Part shown: in pieces, positions 25,618 to 37,778 of the stretch
How positions within the stretch are numbered: position 1 is the first letter of the stretch
How the letters are laid out: every line of letters begins with the position of its first letter
DNA from: Azolla caroliniana
Taxonomy: Eukaryota > Plantae > Polypodiophyta
Length of the DNA: 64,000 bases
NCBI GenBank assembly: GCA_043228905.1
Contig: JBHGNT010000020.1
Span: forward strand, 12,648,001 to 12,712,000
Direction of reading: 5' to 3'
The notes under the pieces: generated by a model
What the model saw: the letters and a program-made list of their open reading frames with translations, nothing else
What the model was told of the DNA's origin: nothing
Database searches by the model: none
Translations under genes and position numbers: made by a program

Positions 25618-25788
25618 GACAAAAGAACGAGAACTAAATTATGCTTCCGTAACTGGTGTTGTTCACCTTGATTGTAATCAAGGTGCACTGAAGTATTTAT
25701 ACAATAATGTGGTGGTATGCATGTAAGCTAGGAAACATCTAGAGAATGCATGGAAACTTCTAGAGAGTGCATGTCCATGCATTCTCTA

Positions 25789-25806
25789 GAAGTTTCTTGA
25801 AAGTTC
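25789..25806. promoter_or_regulatory. four-unit heat-shock element in the C1 U3
   Basis: GAAgtTTCttGAAagTTC; the 3' LTR copy at 15623 has one change. Confidence 0.7.
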
Positions 25807-25948
25807 TAGTGATTAACTTACAATGTAATAAGTTGAAACTTATACAATACAATAATGCATTGATGAAATTTAGCTCAATTGGTAAGGTTGCCCAATAAGA
25901 CCAAGAGGTCATGGGTTCAACCCCCTACACTCCATCGTGTCTATGAGA

Positions 25949-27041
25949 AGTTATCAACAAGATGATTGGTTAAAAAAAATTCCAATGGCTAAGTTCGCCT
26001 ACAACAATACTCTCCACACATCGACTAGCGTAACACCCTTCTTCGCAAATTATGGGTTCCACCCACACTTTAGCATAGCTATCCCTACTGGTTCTGCGAA
26101 TCCATCGGTTGAAGAATGAGCTCGTCTGATGAAAGAAGTGCATCATGACCTATCCCTATAACTCTCCATTGCTCAAGAACTACACAAAGAGAAGGTTGAT
26201 CGACATCGGCGGGTTGCACCTGGTTTTAAAGTTGGTGACATGGTCTGGCTATTATGTCGGCATATTCCGACAACTCGGCCATGCAACAAACTCGATTACA
26301 AAAAGTGGGGTCCGTTCCGCATCATTGACAAAGTCAACCCTATGGCTTTCCGTCTTGCGCTTCCATCACACTACTAAATTCACAATGTCTTCCATGCATC
26401 ACTTCTTGAGCTCTATCATCCATCCGCAATTCCAGGAAGAAGCATCAAGGCACCCCCCCCCCCCCCCCCCCCCCTTGTGGCTTTGGCGACTGGGGATGAG
26501 TATGAAGTTGAGACCATTCTAGACTCGCATAAGAGCCGACGGAAGATCCAGTATTTGGTCTTGTGGAAAGGATATCCCATCTCTAAGGCCACATGGAATC
26601 CCGCTAGGAATTTACTCAATGCCCCGAAAGTGGTTCATGATTTTCATCTCTGATATCCTGACAAACCCGCACCTTCTTGAAGTCGGCGCTTAAGGGGAGG
26701 ATAATGTCATGAACATTGACTTGAATTTTAGCCTTAGGTTCTTGTATATATATATTTCTCCTAGAAAAACTTTAGATTTTAAACCATTGTATAAAGAGTG
26801 GTATATAAGACTCTGTATGTAAGACTCTGTATGTAAGACAACGCATGCAAGAATTAGTATGCTTGATATTATAGTATGTAAGACTTGGCATGAGCATGTT
26901 TATCATGCTTCCTTCATGTATAAAAAGGGTTGATCTCCCTTGTTAACATCAAGGAAATCAACACCAGTCATGGAATAAATATTCTTACTCATTGTCATCA
27001 ACTTCCCCATCTCTTTATCTTCCAATTGTTCATCCGTGACA
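25949..27041 (+). mobile_element. chromovirus C2 3' end: integrase tail, chromodomain, PPT, 3' LTR 26705-27041
   Basis: SYQQDDW..FAYNN..TPFFANYG; EYEVETILDSH..QYLVLWKGYP; AAGGGGAGGATAA; LTR TGTCATGA...CCGTGACA. Confidence 0.88.
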
Positions 27042-27163
27042 ATGGCTACAGATTATGTTAAAGGAAACTACACATCCTAAATCACCTAAGTGTATGTGTA
27101 CTGGCTCAAACTCTTCGAATATCTTCCCGGAAGCTATGGGACATCCATCAATAGCTACTACGG
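27042..27163 (-). pseudogene. chromovirus protease fragment
   Basis: Translates VVAIDGCPIASGKIFEEFEPVHIHLGD..SFNII, similar to C1 VEAIDGWVLSSGVV. Confidence 0.6.
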
Positions 27164-29271
27164 TGTCGTGGAAATCCATGTGCGTGTGTCGGATCAGGCG
27201 AGACCACTAGGGTCACGGACCGAGGAGAGATGGTTGTCGGAAGGCCGATTTCTCTAGGGCCAGTTACACCGGTTGTGGCACCAACCGGGGTGATTCCGGA
27301 TGCACGCTGGAAGCAACCGAACCGGACAGATCTGGATGCGTTCCGGAGGTAACCGGATTGAAGAGAGAGAGAGCCCACGTATGCAGATCGGCTCTTCGCA
27401 CCCTCTTATATACAAGACAACGAGTCTTCGTACCGAAAGAGGAGACACCCTGCGACACAAACATATGCACACCGAAGTTTTCTCATATATATTTACAAGG
27501 GACACAAGTTACAACGCCGGTTTTGAGCCGGTCCAATACTGAACAGATACAGCAACCGTCCACAGGCAAGCTCCAGTGTGGGAGCACTCAGGCTCACTTA
27601 CACGAGTGGAAGCCTAGCGCCGAGATGAGCCTTCTTACTGAAGCACAACAGTTCTCTGCCGCCAAGCCGCCAGTCGGGGAGCACTCAGGCTCGCCTACGC
27701 GAGTGGGGTCTTGAACAGGAGACAAAGATGTGAATGGAAACCCTTAGAGCATACTGGCCCTCCACCGAACTAAACCCAAAGTGGGGAACTAACGAAAACT
27801 CGAAACCCACCAAAGACTGGGAACCCTAAACCTCCACTCGAAAAGAGAAACCCAACCCACATGAGATGAAGAAGAAGACCTAAATGAAACACTAAAGAAA
27901 GTAAAAAGAAGAGAACAACTACCATACCTTAGATCCAACGGTATACCCTCCTAACTCAAAATGGGCAACCCTTCACAAGAGACCCCTCCCTCCTTTTATA
28001 GTCCAAGGAGGGGAGAACATTACAATGTGGGATAAATATCCCCTATTATTTTACATACATTTCCTAATGTACATGTGCACATGTTGCACATCGACAACCT
28101 TGCCCATTCTATCCGGTTTCTCCCTAGAGCCGAAAATCTTCACAACATCCACCCCCACCAAACCGCACATGCACTGGAATGTGCCTAGAAAGGGAAAAGA
28201 AAGTGAGAGAATTCTAGCGATGGTAATTAACAGGGTTCCCTACCATTCCGACACCCGACTGCTATGCCGGCCTCTGTCGGTCCCGAACCGTCGATTTTCG
28301 GACCGACCCCGTCCCTATCTGGGAGCTCACCTCCGTTAATGTCCTCGCTCTCCACTTCGAGCTTGTCCGTCCTCTCTTCTTGTACTACCATATTTGACTT
28401 TCAGATTCGGCCCTTCCTCCGTTCGGAGCAGATATCACGAACGTCAGTTTCGACCCGACCCGACTTCCTTCGTTCTCCGTGTGTGGCACGGGGCCTCGTT
28501 CTTCCCAACTGCCTGTCGGTTATCGCACCTTGTCCTTGCCCACTTCAATCCAACTGCTTCCTCGATCTGTCACCGCCACACGCCGAACTCCATCCGGCTC
28601 CTCATCGGCATTCTCCTTCGTGCTCGTCACTCTGCCCTTACGCAGCCACAATGCTCCCCCTTCACTTTGCACTTCTTCTGTGTGTACCCTTTCAGTAGGG
28701 TACACTTCCACCCCTACATCCGCACAGGTGCTCTCCGCTTCCGTGTCCTCCGTAGTGTCTGATATCGTCGCTCTGATCCGAGGAACATCTTTGTTGTCTG
28801 ATCGGCCTGCATGGCCTCCGTCGTTCTCCGTGACACTCTGCATGACTTCTTCGGCGCCTTCATCTACTACGACCTTTGTCCCCTCACCACCACCTTCCGT
28901 CTCCTCGGTCTTACATTTATCTGCAATGGCCGAAGTCTCTAAGTTAGATGTGGAGGATCCCTCTTGGGTGTTCTTTTCATGGCCACCGACCCTACTCAAT
29001 TCCTCCTCCGCATTCACCGGCCTTCACTTCTCTGACCTCCGATCGGGTTGGTCCAACATCTGTGCAGTTCGGTTATCCGGAACTCGTCATTCCCGGCTTT
29101 CGCCCGGACCCGTCCTCTGTCGATCGGCCCCTACATCCTCTTCGCACCAGTTCGCATCTCGGACCGGTTTCGGTCGAACGATCCATGTTCGGATCGTGCT
29201 CCATCCGAATCGGAATGCCGACCGGATCAGCTTCCGGTCGGGCCGACTTTCGACTCCGCTTCTTTCGGCGC
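27164..29271 (-). mobile_element. non-autonomous D element D2: 3' LTR 27164-28147, PPT, low-complexity acidic ORF
   Basis: A-type termini and PPT GGTGGGGGTGGA; ORF 28520-29017 is acidic with no pol motif. Confidence 0.7.
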
Positions 29272-29965
29272 TTTCGTGAAGAATGTGCTTCACGATATAA
29301 AAATGAACTTAAATATTGTATTTAATAGTATTTGAGAGACTTGAACCCACATCCTTATATATGAAGTACAATATATACATAGCCCTACACTAGGCTATTT
29401 ATTTTCAAACGTATTATAAAGAATATGCTTCATGATATAAGAATGAAGCTAAATGTTGTATGGAGTAAAATTGAGATACTTGAACCCTCAACCTTATATA
29501 CCAAGCACAAGGTATACACCACTAAGTTAAGTTATTTGTTTTAAAAGACATATTTCCATCATTGTACTTATCCTATATCTATTTTCAAATATGAGAGCAT
29601 GATGGCTATCATGCATCACATGTAATGCATGTACGCCAAATGGCGATCATGCATCACATGAAAGTCATGCATTGCATGCAGGCCATCCTCCCACACATTA
29701 CCATATGTATGACAATACTTATATAAAGATGGGTAAGGAAAACAAGAGGGGAATCAAGCAAGAGAAAGTTAGAGAATAATATAGTCAAACAAATAAATTA
29801 GCTTGTTGATGAAGAGGCTCGTATTTTCAAGTTGGAGTCAAGGGTTTGAATCAAGAGTCGGTAGAGAAAGAGTTCATCTTGCTATCAAGCATTGTAAAGT
29901 TGGTAAAATCTTGTATTCGTAATATACATCATATCATATACTTTTCTTGAGAGACAAGCTCAACA
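29272..29965 (+). repeat. AT-rich LTR fragment (A-type start) with a ~139-bp tandem duplication; right end uncertain
   Basis: TTTCGTGAAGAA start, duplicated units near 29278 and 29417, CATGCA cluster, TATATAAA near 29720. Confidence 0.55.
29336..29529 (-). other. two tandem tRNA-like A/B-box cassettes
   Basis: Minus strand TAGCCTAGTG...GGGTTCAAGTCTC (29397-29336) and TAACTTAGTGG...GGGTTCAAGTATC (29529-29475). Confidence 0.5.
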
Positions 29966-30089
29966 TTCGGTGCGTAACCCAATGCGTAAACTGGGGGCAT
30001 AGAACCATGCGCACAATAGGCCATAGCGGTGCGTAAACCGCGAGGCCGTTGAAAAGATATTCCTTGAAAGGAATAATTTTGGGAGTGAG

Positions 30090-30323
30090 TGTAGCGGCTC
30101 ATTTATGAGTGTCAAGTACTGTCAGTACTTGTGTCAGCCCGATTGTCAGGGCTTGTATAAAAGATGCTCACTGAGCACGGTGTATGTACAGATTGAGTAT
30201 TATTTTGAATTTAGTTTCAGTGTGTCCTCTCTCTCTCTCTATGTCTCTCTCGCGTATTGTGTATATTCAAGCTCTTCATTAAACCTGTGTTTCTGTGTTC
30301 GGTTTTCTACTTGCTTCTGCACA
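30090..30323 (+). repeat. possible short LTR
   Basis: GGGAGTGAG then TGTAGCGG...TATAAAAG...CTGCACA; no second copy in the window. Confidence 0.3.
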
Positions 30324-30349
30324 CTATTTTTAACAACTTTTTTGTCTTT

Positions 30350-30430
30350 AATCATACATTGTCTCTATATTGCTTCTTGAATCATACATTGTCTCTATCT
30401 TGCTTCTTGAATCATACATTGTCTCTATCT
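30350..30430. repeat. 30-bp tandem repeat, about 2.7 copies
   Basis: AATCATACATTGTCTCTAT(A/C)TTGCTTCTTG. Confidence 0.85.
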
Positions 30431-30758
30431 TTTATCTATACTAGTCTCTCTCTCACACATATTACTTTAAACTCTTATTCTTCTTATCCTTAATCTTCCT
30501 AACATTTGAGCGCAAGCCTTATAAAAGTGCCTTCAACTCCCCTTAACCTTAGTCCTTGTGACTTCGTCGCACGAACCACAACTACCCCGACAACATCGCC
30601 TCTTTCCTCTATACCTTGCTCTACACAACTTCCTCCTTGGCCTCCTCGCAAACCATCTCTCATCCATCTTGCATCATGCTTGGATAACCTTAGATTTTGC
30701 CAAAAAAACAAAAAAATTTACAAAATTGCCCTTTTATACAAGGGGTTACGAGTTTGTT

Positions 30759-31421
30759 TTAATCCTCTTCTAATATGCCGAGGATATCCTTGGGGGTGTG
30801 GGGTTGGTCTAGCTACTCAGAAGGTGGGGTTGGTGATGGGGGTTTTGCTGCCAAGTCCGGGATGGCTGTGTCTTCGCGTGCGCCGCCCTTTGTTGGTTCC
30901 GATTCAAGCAGGGTCGTGGTCGTAGTTTGTGGCTCGATTGTGATGTGGGTGTCTGTAGGGGCGGGTCCCTCCTATCTGGCTTCCGTGATGGTTGGCTCTG
31001 GTTCGTGGTCATCGGTCGTGGGAGCTCTGTTAGTCACAATAGCTAGGTGTTCCTCCTCGTAAGCTTCGGCTTCTAAACGGAACATGATTTGATCGTCGTT
31101 GAATTCCTCTAGAAGTTTCTCGATGGCCACGGTGTGGGATTCTGCTAAGGTATGATATTCCTCAGTCAAGTCTTCACGGAGGGTCTGGATGTTGGTGTCA
31201 TCCATCTTCTAAAACCCTTGGCCCTCCTTCCTTCGGTTCTCGGCGTCCGCGCGTAATATGTGTAGTTCAGCGGCTTGGGCTGACCATTCCTGCCATACCC
31301 GATCGAGCGTTTCCTCGATCTTCTTGTTGAGTTGTTGGCGATATTTGTTGATCAGGATCTTTATTTTGCTATCGTCCATGCCGATGCTAGCTCTGTGGAC
31401 TTCCACTTCTTCCCTTGGGGC
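30759..31421 (-). pseudogene. C-terminal part of the extra coiled-coil ORF of B2
   Basis: Joins in frame with 36536+ after removing B1; WSAQAAELHILRADAENRRKEG is homologous to ORF 62220-62843. Confidence 0.75.
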
Positions 31422-34400
31422 TGTCACCGGCCGGCAAAGGAGTCCAGAGTGGGAAACGAAGAGTTATTTAAGTAGTAGGAATGTGGTTGTAATTAAGCTG
31501 TGAGTGTGGACGGACAGACCGGAATCGGTATGCCGTTCCGGATCCGGACCGATCCCGAACAGGTGCGGATGGCACCGTTTTGTAATACAGACCGGAAACC
31601 TATTTAAAGGCCCGGATACAATTAATGAAGAGCGGTTAATTAATAGAAGTTTAGCGTTGTTATCTCTCTATGTTAATTGCCGTTCTGTCTTAATTGTTAT
31701 ATTTTACGCGTGTAATTATGAAGGACGATCATGCTTAGTAACTTAATTAAGTCGAAGTAAGCGTTGAGTCTAATCCGGTTGCCGTAACACCCTTTGGTGA
31801 AGTGTCTTCCGTAGACACCCTGTGTTAGGCCATTGTTCGGCCCGAAGAGTTAACACAGTTTTTGGCGACCACGATTCCTGTTTTTGCAGCGAACGACGGC
31901 ACGGATGGATGTCTAGATCAACGCACGACCTGCTTACAGATCGAACTCGACGCCTTGCCGAAAGGCAAAGGAGACGCGAGGCTTTCCAGCAAGCGGCGCA
32001 GGAAATTAGAGCGGATCGCTCGTTTTCCAACGTAATCCGGAGAGTATCGGAGGACTCCCTCTGGTTACAGCAAACATCGCACCCGGACGACGGTAGCAGC
32101 CTAAGCAGCCTCCGGGAAACCGAATCCCTTCTCCACGCGTTGGCAAACGGAGAAGGCGAAGCACAAACACTGTCGGCCCGCGCACCGATACCGGACGACG
32201 ACATGCCGTTCCAGTACTCCAAGTATAGAGATGATCTGGACGCGAAAGCTCATGTGCACGCCTTTGAACAGACATGGGAAGCCAACCATGTGTCCCAGCG
32301 ATTGACCCCAGAGGAAGAAGAACGCTCTAAGATAGCGGAATTTGGCGTCACATTGGAGGGACCGGCAGCAAGATGGTGCCGGACGCAGGACCCGTATACC
32401 ATCACCACCTTTGCAGATTTAAAAGCTAAATTCTTGCATTTTTTTCAAAAGGAGGTGGACCAGACCGTAATGGTAGGCTTATTTTATACCATCCGACAAG
32501 AGGCAGGGGAGAGCATTCCCCAATTTGTCATCCGGTTTCAACGGATGCATAGTCAGCTTGCCCGCGCACCCCCAGAGGAGGAATTACGGACTATATTCCT
32601 AAACGCGCTCCGGGAACCCCTACGCACGGTTTGCACGGTAATTGACTTCCGCACAAGTACCATCGACCAGGTCATTGACCGGGTGAGAGAGATGGAAAAG
32701 ACAAGCTCCTGGCTCACACTGGGAGCACTTCAACGGGTGTTACCGTCCGATGAAGACCTCCGGTTTCGGCAAGCAATACAGTGCACAACCTGCTTGAATT
32801 CCGGACACTCGGCTCTAGAATGCACTATGAGGATGCAATGTGTAATCTGTCAATCCAAGAGCCATACGATGGATAGGTGCGAGTATAATCTGTTGAACTG
32901 GCAAGCACCGCCCGTCCGACAAATTGAGCCACGCAGCAGCCGGGATGAAGAAGACAAACGCTGGCGGCGAATGGACCGCGACCGACCGGCACAGGATGTC
33001 CGGTATGGCGATTGACGGGAGAATGATGTCAGATACGGTGATCGGCGGGATAACTATGACCGGCATGATCGGTACCAGGATTACAATAGACGATACGAAC
33101 ATTACGACCGGGAGCACTCCCCCGGGTATCGTCAGCAACGGGAGGAATACGGCAGATATAACAGGCAACCCCATCAAGAGTACCGCAATAAGAAGAGCTA
33201 TAACAAAAAACGGCATTTTAAAAAAGGCGGCTACCCCCGAAATCCGGAACAAGGAGCTCCAAGCAGCCAACCGGTCCAAAACCTCGCGCGTACCGCAGGA
33301 CCTTCCCCGGGTACAACAGACAATGCCGAATCTAGCAATACCTAGAAAGCCTATTGCTACTACTGCCAACAGGAAGGCCATTATAGTAACCAATGCCCGG
33401 TGAAGAGCTATGAAAAACGACTGGCAGTAAATATGGTAGTCCTTGAGGTGGCAGATCTGCAGCAGGTGACCACAAGGTTGAAGGGCATGGCCAAGGAATG
33501 GGAGACGCAGGAGACCATCCGGAAACAAGCAACGGAATGGGTAAAGAAAGCAAACGAACAGAATGTCACAGACTTACAACGGCAAAAGGAGAACACCGCA
33601 GGGCTTGCCGGCGGTAGTCACTCCGAGAACGAGACATGGCAGGCGTTGCAAGAATGCCAGATTACGTTGCCACTAGGAAGACTCCTACAACTCGTGCCAA
33701 GATTCACGGAAGGACTGAAGACGGCCATGACGGCAGGAGAACCATCACCGGCACCGATACTCTTCTCGAATCCGGAGGAGGGACCAACGGTGGTGGACAC
33801 CAGCAGTCTGGTAATCACTGCCATTGTAAAAGGGAAAGAACTCCCCGACACAGTTATAGACGGAGGCTCTGGGGTGAATGTAATAAGCCTCCGGACGTGT
33901 GATGCCCTAGGAATCCACGAGTGGGAGCCGTGTCCGTTCTGGTTGCGGATGGCCGATACAAGCTCAGTGCGGCCGACAGGATTAATACGGAAATTAGAAG
34001 TCACCGTCGGCGGTCATACATTTCACATCTCAGCCGTAGTGCTACAATTACAGGCACAAGGTGCATACCCGCTATTGCTGGGGCGGCCATGGTTGAAAAC
34101 GGCACATATCAAACAAAATTGGCGGAAAAATATAATTACCTTCCGGCGAGGGAAAGCCAAGGTACGGGTACCAACACAGCCAAGGACGAGCACTGGCAAG
34201 GAATGTACACCGTTGTATGCGGAATGCGTCAACATGCTAGAAGGATTAGCGGACGAAGAAGAAGCTTAGTACCTGCAAGAAAACCCGAAGATCATACCCC
34301 TCTTCGAAATTGACATTGCCGAAGCAGTAGCACCATACTTACCACAACCGGAAGAGGCTGAAGCAGAACCGGATAAAGACGCAATCCGGGAGTTACGGCA

Positions 34401-36535
34401 AGCGCAGGAAGCGTTGGAACAGGAAATGGCCGTTTCACAGCGCGTAAAAGCATCACAACTGGAAGAGGTGAACCTAGGGACCACGGACGAAGCAAAACCG
34501 GTGCACATCGCCAAGGAAATGAAGTCCGAAGACAAAACGGCGATGATCACACTTCTCACGGAATTTCGCGATGTGTTCGCCTGGTCATACGAAGACATGC
34601 GAGGACTCGATCCTCAGTTATACCAGCATCAGGTTCACTTGAGCAAGGACGCAAAACCAGTGGCACAAAGACGGTACCGGATGAATCCCAATTATGCCGC
34701 CAAAGTCAAGGAGGAAATCGACAAACTGCTAAGAGTTGGCTTTATCCGTCCGGTAAAGAAAGCGACATGGTTGAGCCCGATCGTAGTCGTACCGAAGAAG
34801 AACGGAAAAATTTGAGTTTGTGGACTACCGGAAACTCAATGCGGCTACGGTAACGGATGTGTTTCCACTTCCATTCACAGATGGAGTGTTGGATGCCGTC
34901 GCTGGCCATGAGGTCTATAGTTTCCTAGATGGATTCAGCGTGTATAATCAGATCCGGATGCACCCCGACGACCAAGAGAAAACGGCTTTCGTCACCGAAT
35001 GGGGGGTGTTTGTGGCCGTGATGATGATGTTCGGACTCAAAACGGCATCGGCAACATTTCAACGAATCATCATGGAAATCTTCGGTGAATATATTCCGGC
35101 TTTTATGCAGGTTTTCCTTGACGATTTCGCCCTCTATAGCCGGGAGGAGGACAATTTTCAGCACCTCCGGCTTTGTCTTGAAAAGTGTAGAGCGTACCGG
35201 CTAAGCTTGAATCCAGCAAAATGTGTATATGGCATGTCCAGTGGAACTCTATTAGGACATATTGTGAGCCAAGAAGGTATTGCAGTCGACCCGGACAAAG
35301 TGAAAGCCATATTAGAAGCACCGGCGCCGGCAACGGCAAAGGGCATTAAGCCGGTTCTTAGGCCAGATCCGGTGGCACAGCCGGATGCTCTGATACTTGG
35401 CCGACCTGGCTACACCGTTGCATGCCGCCGTACATCGGACACCATTCCAGTGGACCGACACCGAGGATAGGGCGTATAGGGCCCTCAAGGTACTATTGTC
35501 GCAAGCACCGGTAGTGCAGCCTCCGGATTGGAGTAAAGAATTTCACGTGTTCATGGACGCCTCCGACATCGCAATCGGAAGCGTACTGATGCAGCTTACG
35601 GAACCAAAGTGGTACCGGCCAGTGTACTATGCCAGCCGAAAGCTATCCCAAGCAGAACGAAACTACTCTACCACGGAACGGGAAGCTCTAGGGATGATCT
35701 ACAGTGTGACAAAGTTTCGGCATTATTTATTGGGAAGGAAGTTTTCCTTCCATGTAGATCATTCGGCACTCCTTTACCTGGTGTCCAAAGCGTCACTCAC
35801 CAGCAAATTGGCCCGGTGGACCTTACTGTTACAGGAATTCGAGTTTGAAATATTCCACCGACCCGATATACAGCATGCCGTGGCGGATTACATAAGCCGA
35901 TTAGAGTCCGGAGAGACGGGTGACGAAGTAGCGGATGAGTTTCCGGATGCGGAGCTGTTTCGAGTCACTACGGAGATGGCAACAGATGAGACGGTGACCC
36001 AGGAAGACAAGTGGCTCACAAATATGCACCAGTTTCTGAGCACAGGACTGCATCCGAAAGAGCTGAACCGGGACGAACGGAAACGCCTGGCGGTGCAAAG
36101 CCAACATTTCTGCTTACGGAGTCCAGAGTGGGAAACGGAGAGTTATTTAAGTAGTAGGAATGTGGTTGTAATTAAGCTGTGAGTGTGGACGGACGGACCG
36201 GAATCGGTATGTCGTTCCGGATCCGGACCGATCCCGAACAGGTGCGGATGGCACCGTTTTGTAATACAGACCGGAAACCTATTTAAAGGCCCGGATACAA
36301 TGTAATGAAGAGCGGTTAATTAATAGAAGTTTAGCGTTGTTATCTCTCTGTGTTAATTGTCGTTCTGTCTTAATTGTTATATTTTACGCGTGTAATTATG
36401 AAGGACGATCATGCTTAGTAACTTAATTAAGTCGGAGTAAGCGTTGAGTCTAATCCGGTTGCCGTAACACCCTTTGGTGAAGTGTCTTCCGTAGACACCC
36501 TGTGTTAGGCCATTGTCCGGCCCGAAGAGTTAACA
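31422..36535 (+). mobile_element. gypsy B1 (non-chromovirus, Arg PBS), TSD GGGGC; integrase region deleted
   Basis: 5' LTR 31422-31855; PBS TGGCGACCAC at 31863; gag with CCHC knuckles; PR IDGGSG; RT FLDGFS/FLDD; RH DASD; 3' LTR 36118-36535 lacking its first ~17 bp. Confidence 0.93.
31908..36117 (+). pseudogene. B1 gag-PR-RT-RH, disrupted
   Basis: ORFs 31822-33015, 33400-34269, 34414-34815, 34820-35470 and 35397-36182. Confidence 0.88.
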
Positions 36536-37778
36536 GGGGCCTTGGCGTCTTCTTGGCATTTCCGAACGAGGAGCTCCAAAGTAGCTTGGTTATCCTTTGC
36601 TTTTGCGGCTACGAGCGTGATTGTCTGCTCGTAACGTTTGGTGAGTTGAGCTACAATTTCGTCCATTTCCTGTCTCCAAGCACTCCGTTGTCGTTCCCTG
36701 GCGGTGATGTCCTTTGTTTGCAACTGGTGATAAGCATCGGAAATTTTCTCCCTTTGCTCTTCAGAGATCCTCCACTTTTGCATGTGTTCGTTTGCCAATT
36801 CTTGTAATGCCCTTTGTTGACAGCGTAATTCCTGGTTGTCTGCGAATAGCTCGCGTTCCCATCGGCTATTCCTCTTTGCTTCTTTGATGAATCACTCTTT
36901 GGCCTCGGTGATAGAGACCTGAAGGTTCATCACCTCTCTTTCTTGTGCTTTGAGTGCGGTCGAGCTTTCAGCAAGCAGTCACTTGAGGTCAGCTTTGCGG
37001 CCCGCGGCTTGTTCCCGTAGTTGGCCAATAATGTTGTTGTGGTTTTGTTCTGCTAACTCGGCCAGAGCGATCAAGGCCTTGAGCTCCTCTTGGTAGTCAC
37101 GGAGGGGAGGCCCTGTCTGGGTTGCAGATTGCTGGTTCTGGGGATTGGGTTCCCTATCCGTTTGTGTAGATCTTTCCATGACGAAAGGTGGTCGTGGCGT
37201 TTGCGTCGAGGCGTGGCAAGTTTGGGGGTGCAGGCTTTTATCTGCCAATGACGATGTCTCGCTTGTCAGTACCGAATCCGTCACTGTGTTTGCATAGACC
37301 ATGGCTACCCTGGGGTGAGCTATGTCGTCGTCGTGTGCTTCGGTAACAGTAGCACTCAAGTTCGGGTTCGGAAGCGGGGCTGGTGAGACATCGTTACTCG
37401 GGGTAGGGAGGCTTAAGGACGGTTGCTCTTGATGTTGCTGCTCCAATGATGCTAGTTTCTGCTCGGCGGCTTGCCATAGCTTGGTGGCCCGTTTGGCTTG
37501 TTGCTGTGTCGTTTTGATACAACGGGCCATGACCTTGACTGCCCGAGTTGTGTGGTGCAGATTTCGATATGCCTCGATAAGGCCTTGTTCAGATCTGGTA
37601 GCTCCATGAGGAGAGAAGCATTTTGTTCTTGCTTCTTCCGACCTATTTTCTGTAGGTCTCGATCCTCTTGAGGTTCGAGTTCTCCCATTAGTGCGTGTTG
37701 GATCATCTTTGTTTCCGCGTGCTCCTCGGCTATACGAGCAGCAGCAGCTACTTGGGCGCGCGCGAGGAAATCCATCAA
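36536..37778 (-). pseudogene. N-terminal/middle part of the extra coiled-coil ORF of B2
   Basis: ORFs 37452-37778, 36979-37530 and 36505-36798; Q/E/A-rich helical and T/P-rich segments. Confidence 0.65.

Larger units (their letters stand above)
15491..25948 (-). mobile_element. chromovirus C1 (Tcn1-like gypsy), degenerate, with nested copia K2
   Basis: 5' LTR 25482-25948; truncated 3' LTR 15491-15782; PPT 15783-15795; gag from 25454; PR LLDFGAS; [14 protein letters not shown]; RH; INT HDDPLAGHFG, MDFITDLP, YHPQTDGQTER; chromodomain remnants. Confidence 0.92.

Noticed and set aside
26453-26474. Poly-C run as a special element
   Set aside because: Expansion of the proline linker before the chromodomain, or a homopolymer error.
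26705-27041. Tandem element sharing one LTR, and a fourth tRNA-like cassette
   Set aside because: The LTR simply extends to CCGTGACA at 27041. Only a weak B-box-like GACTTGAA is present, with no A-box.
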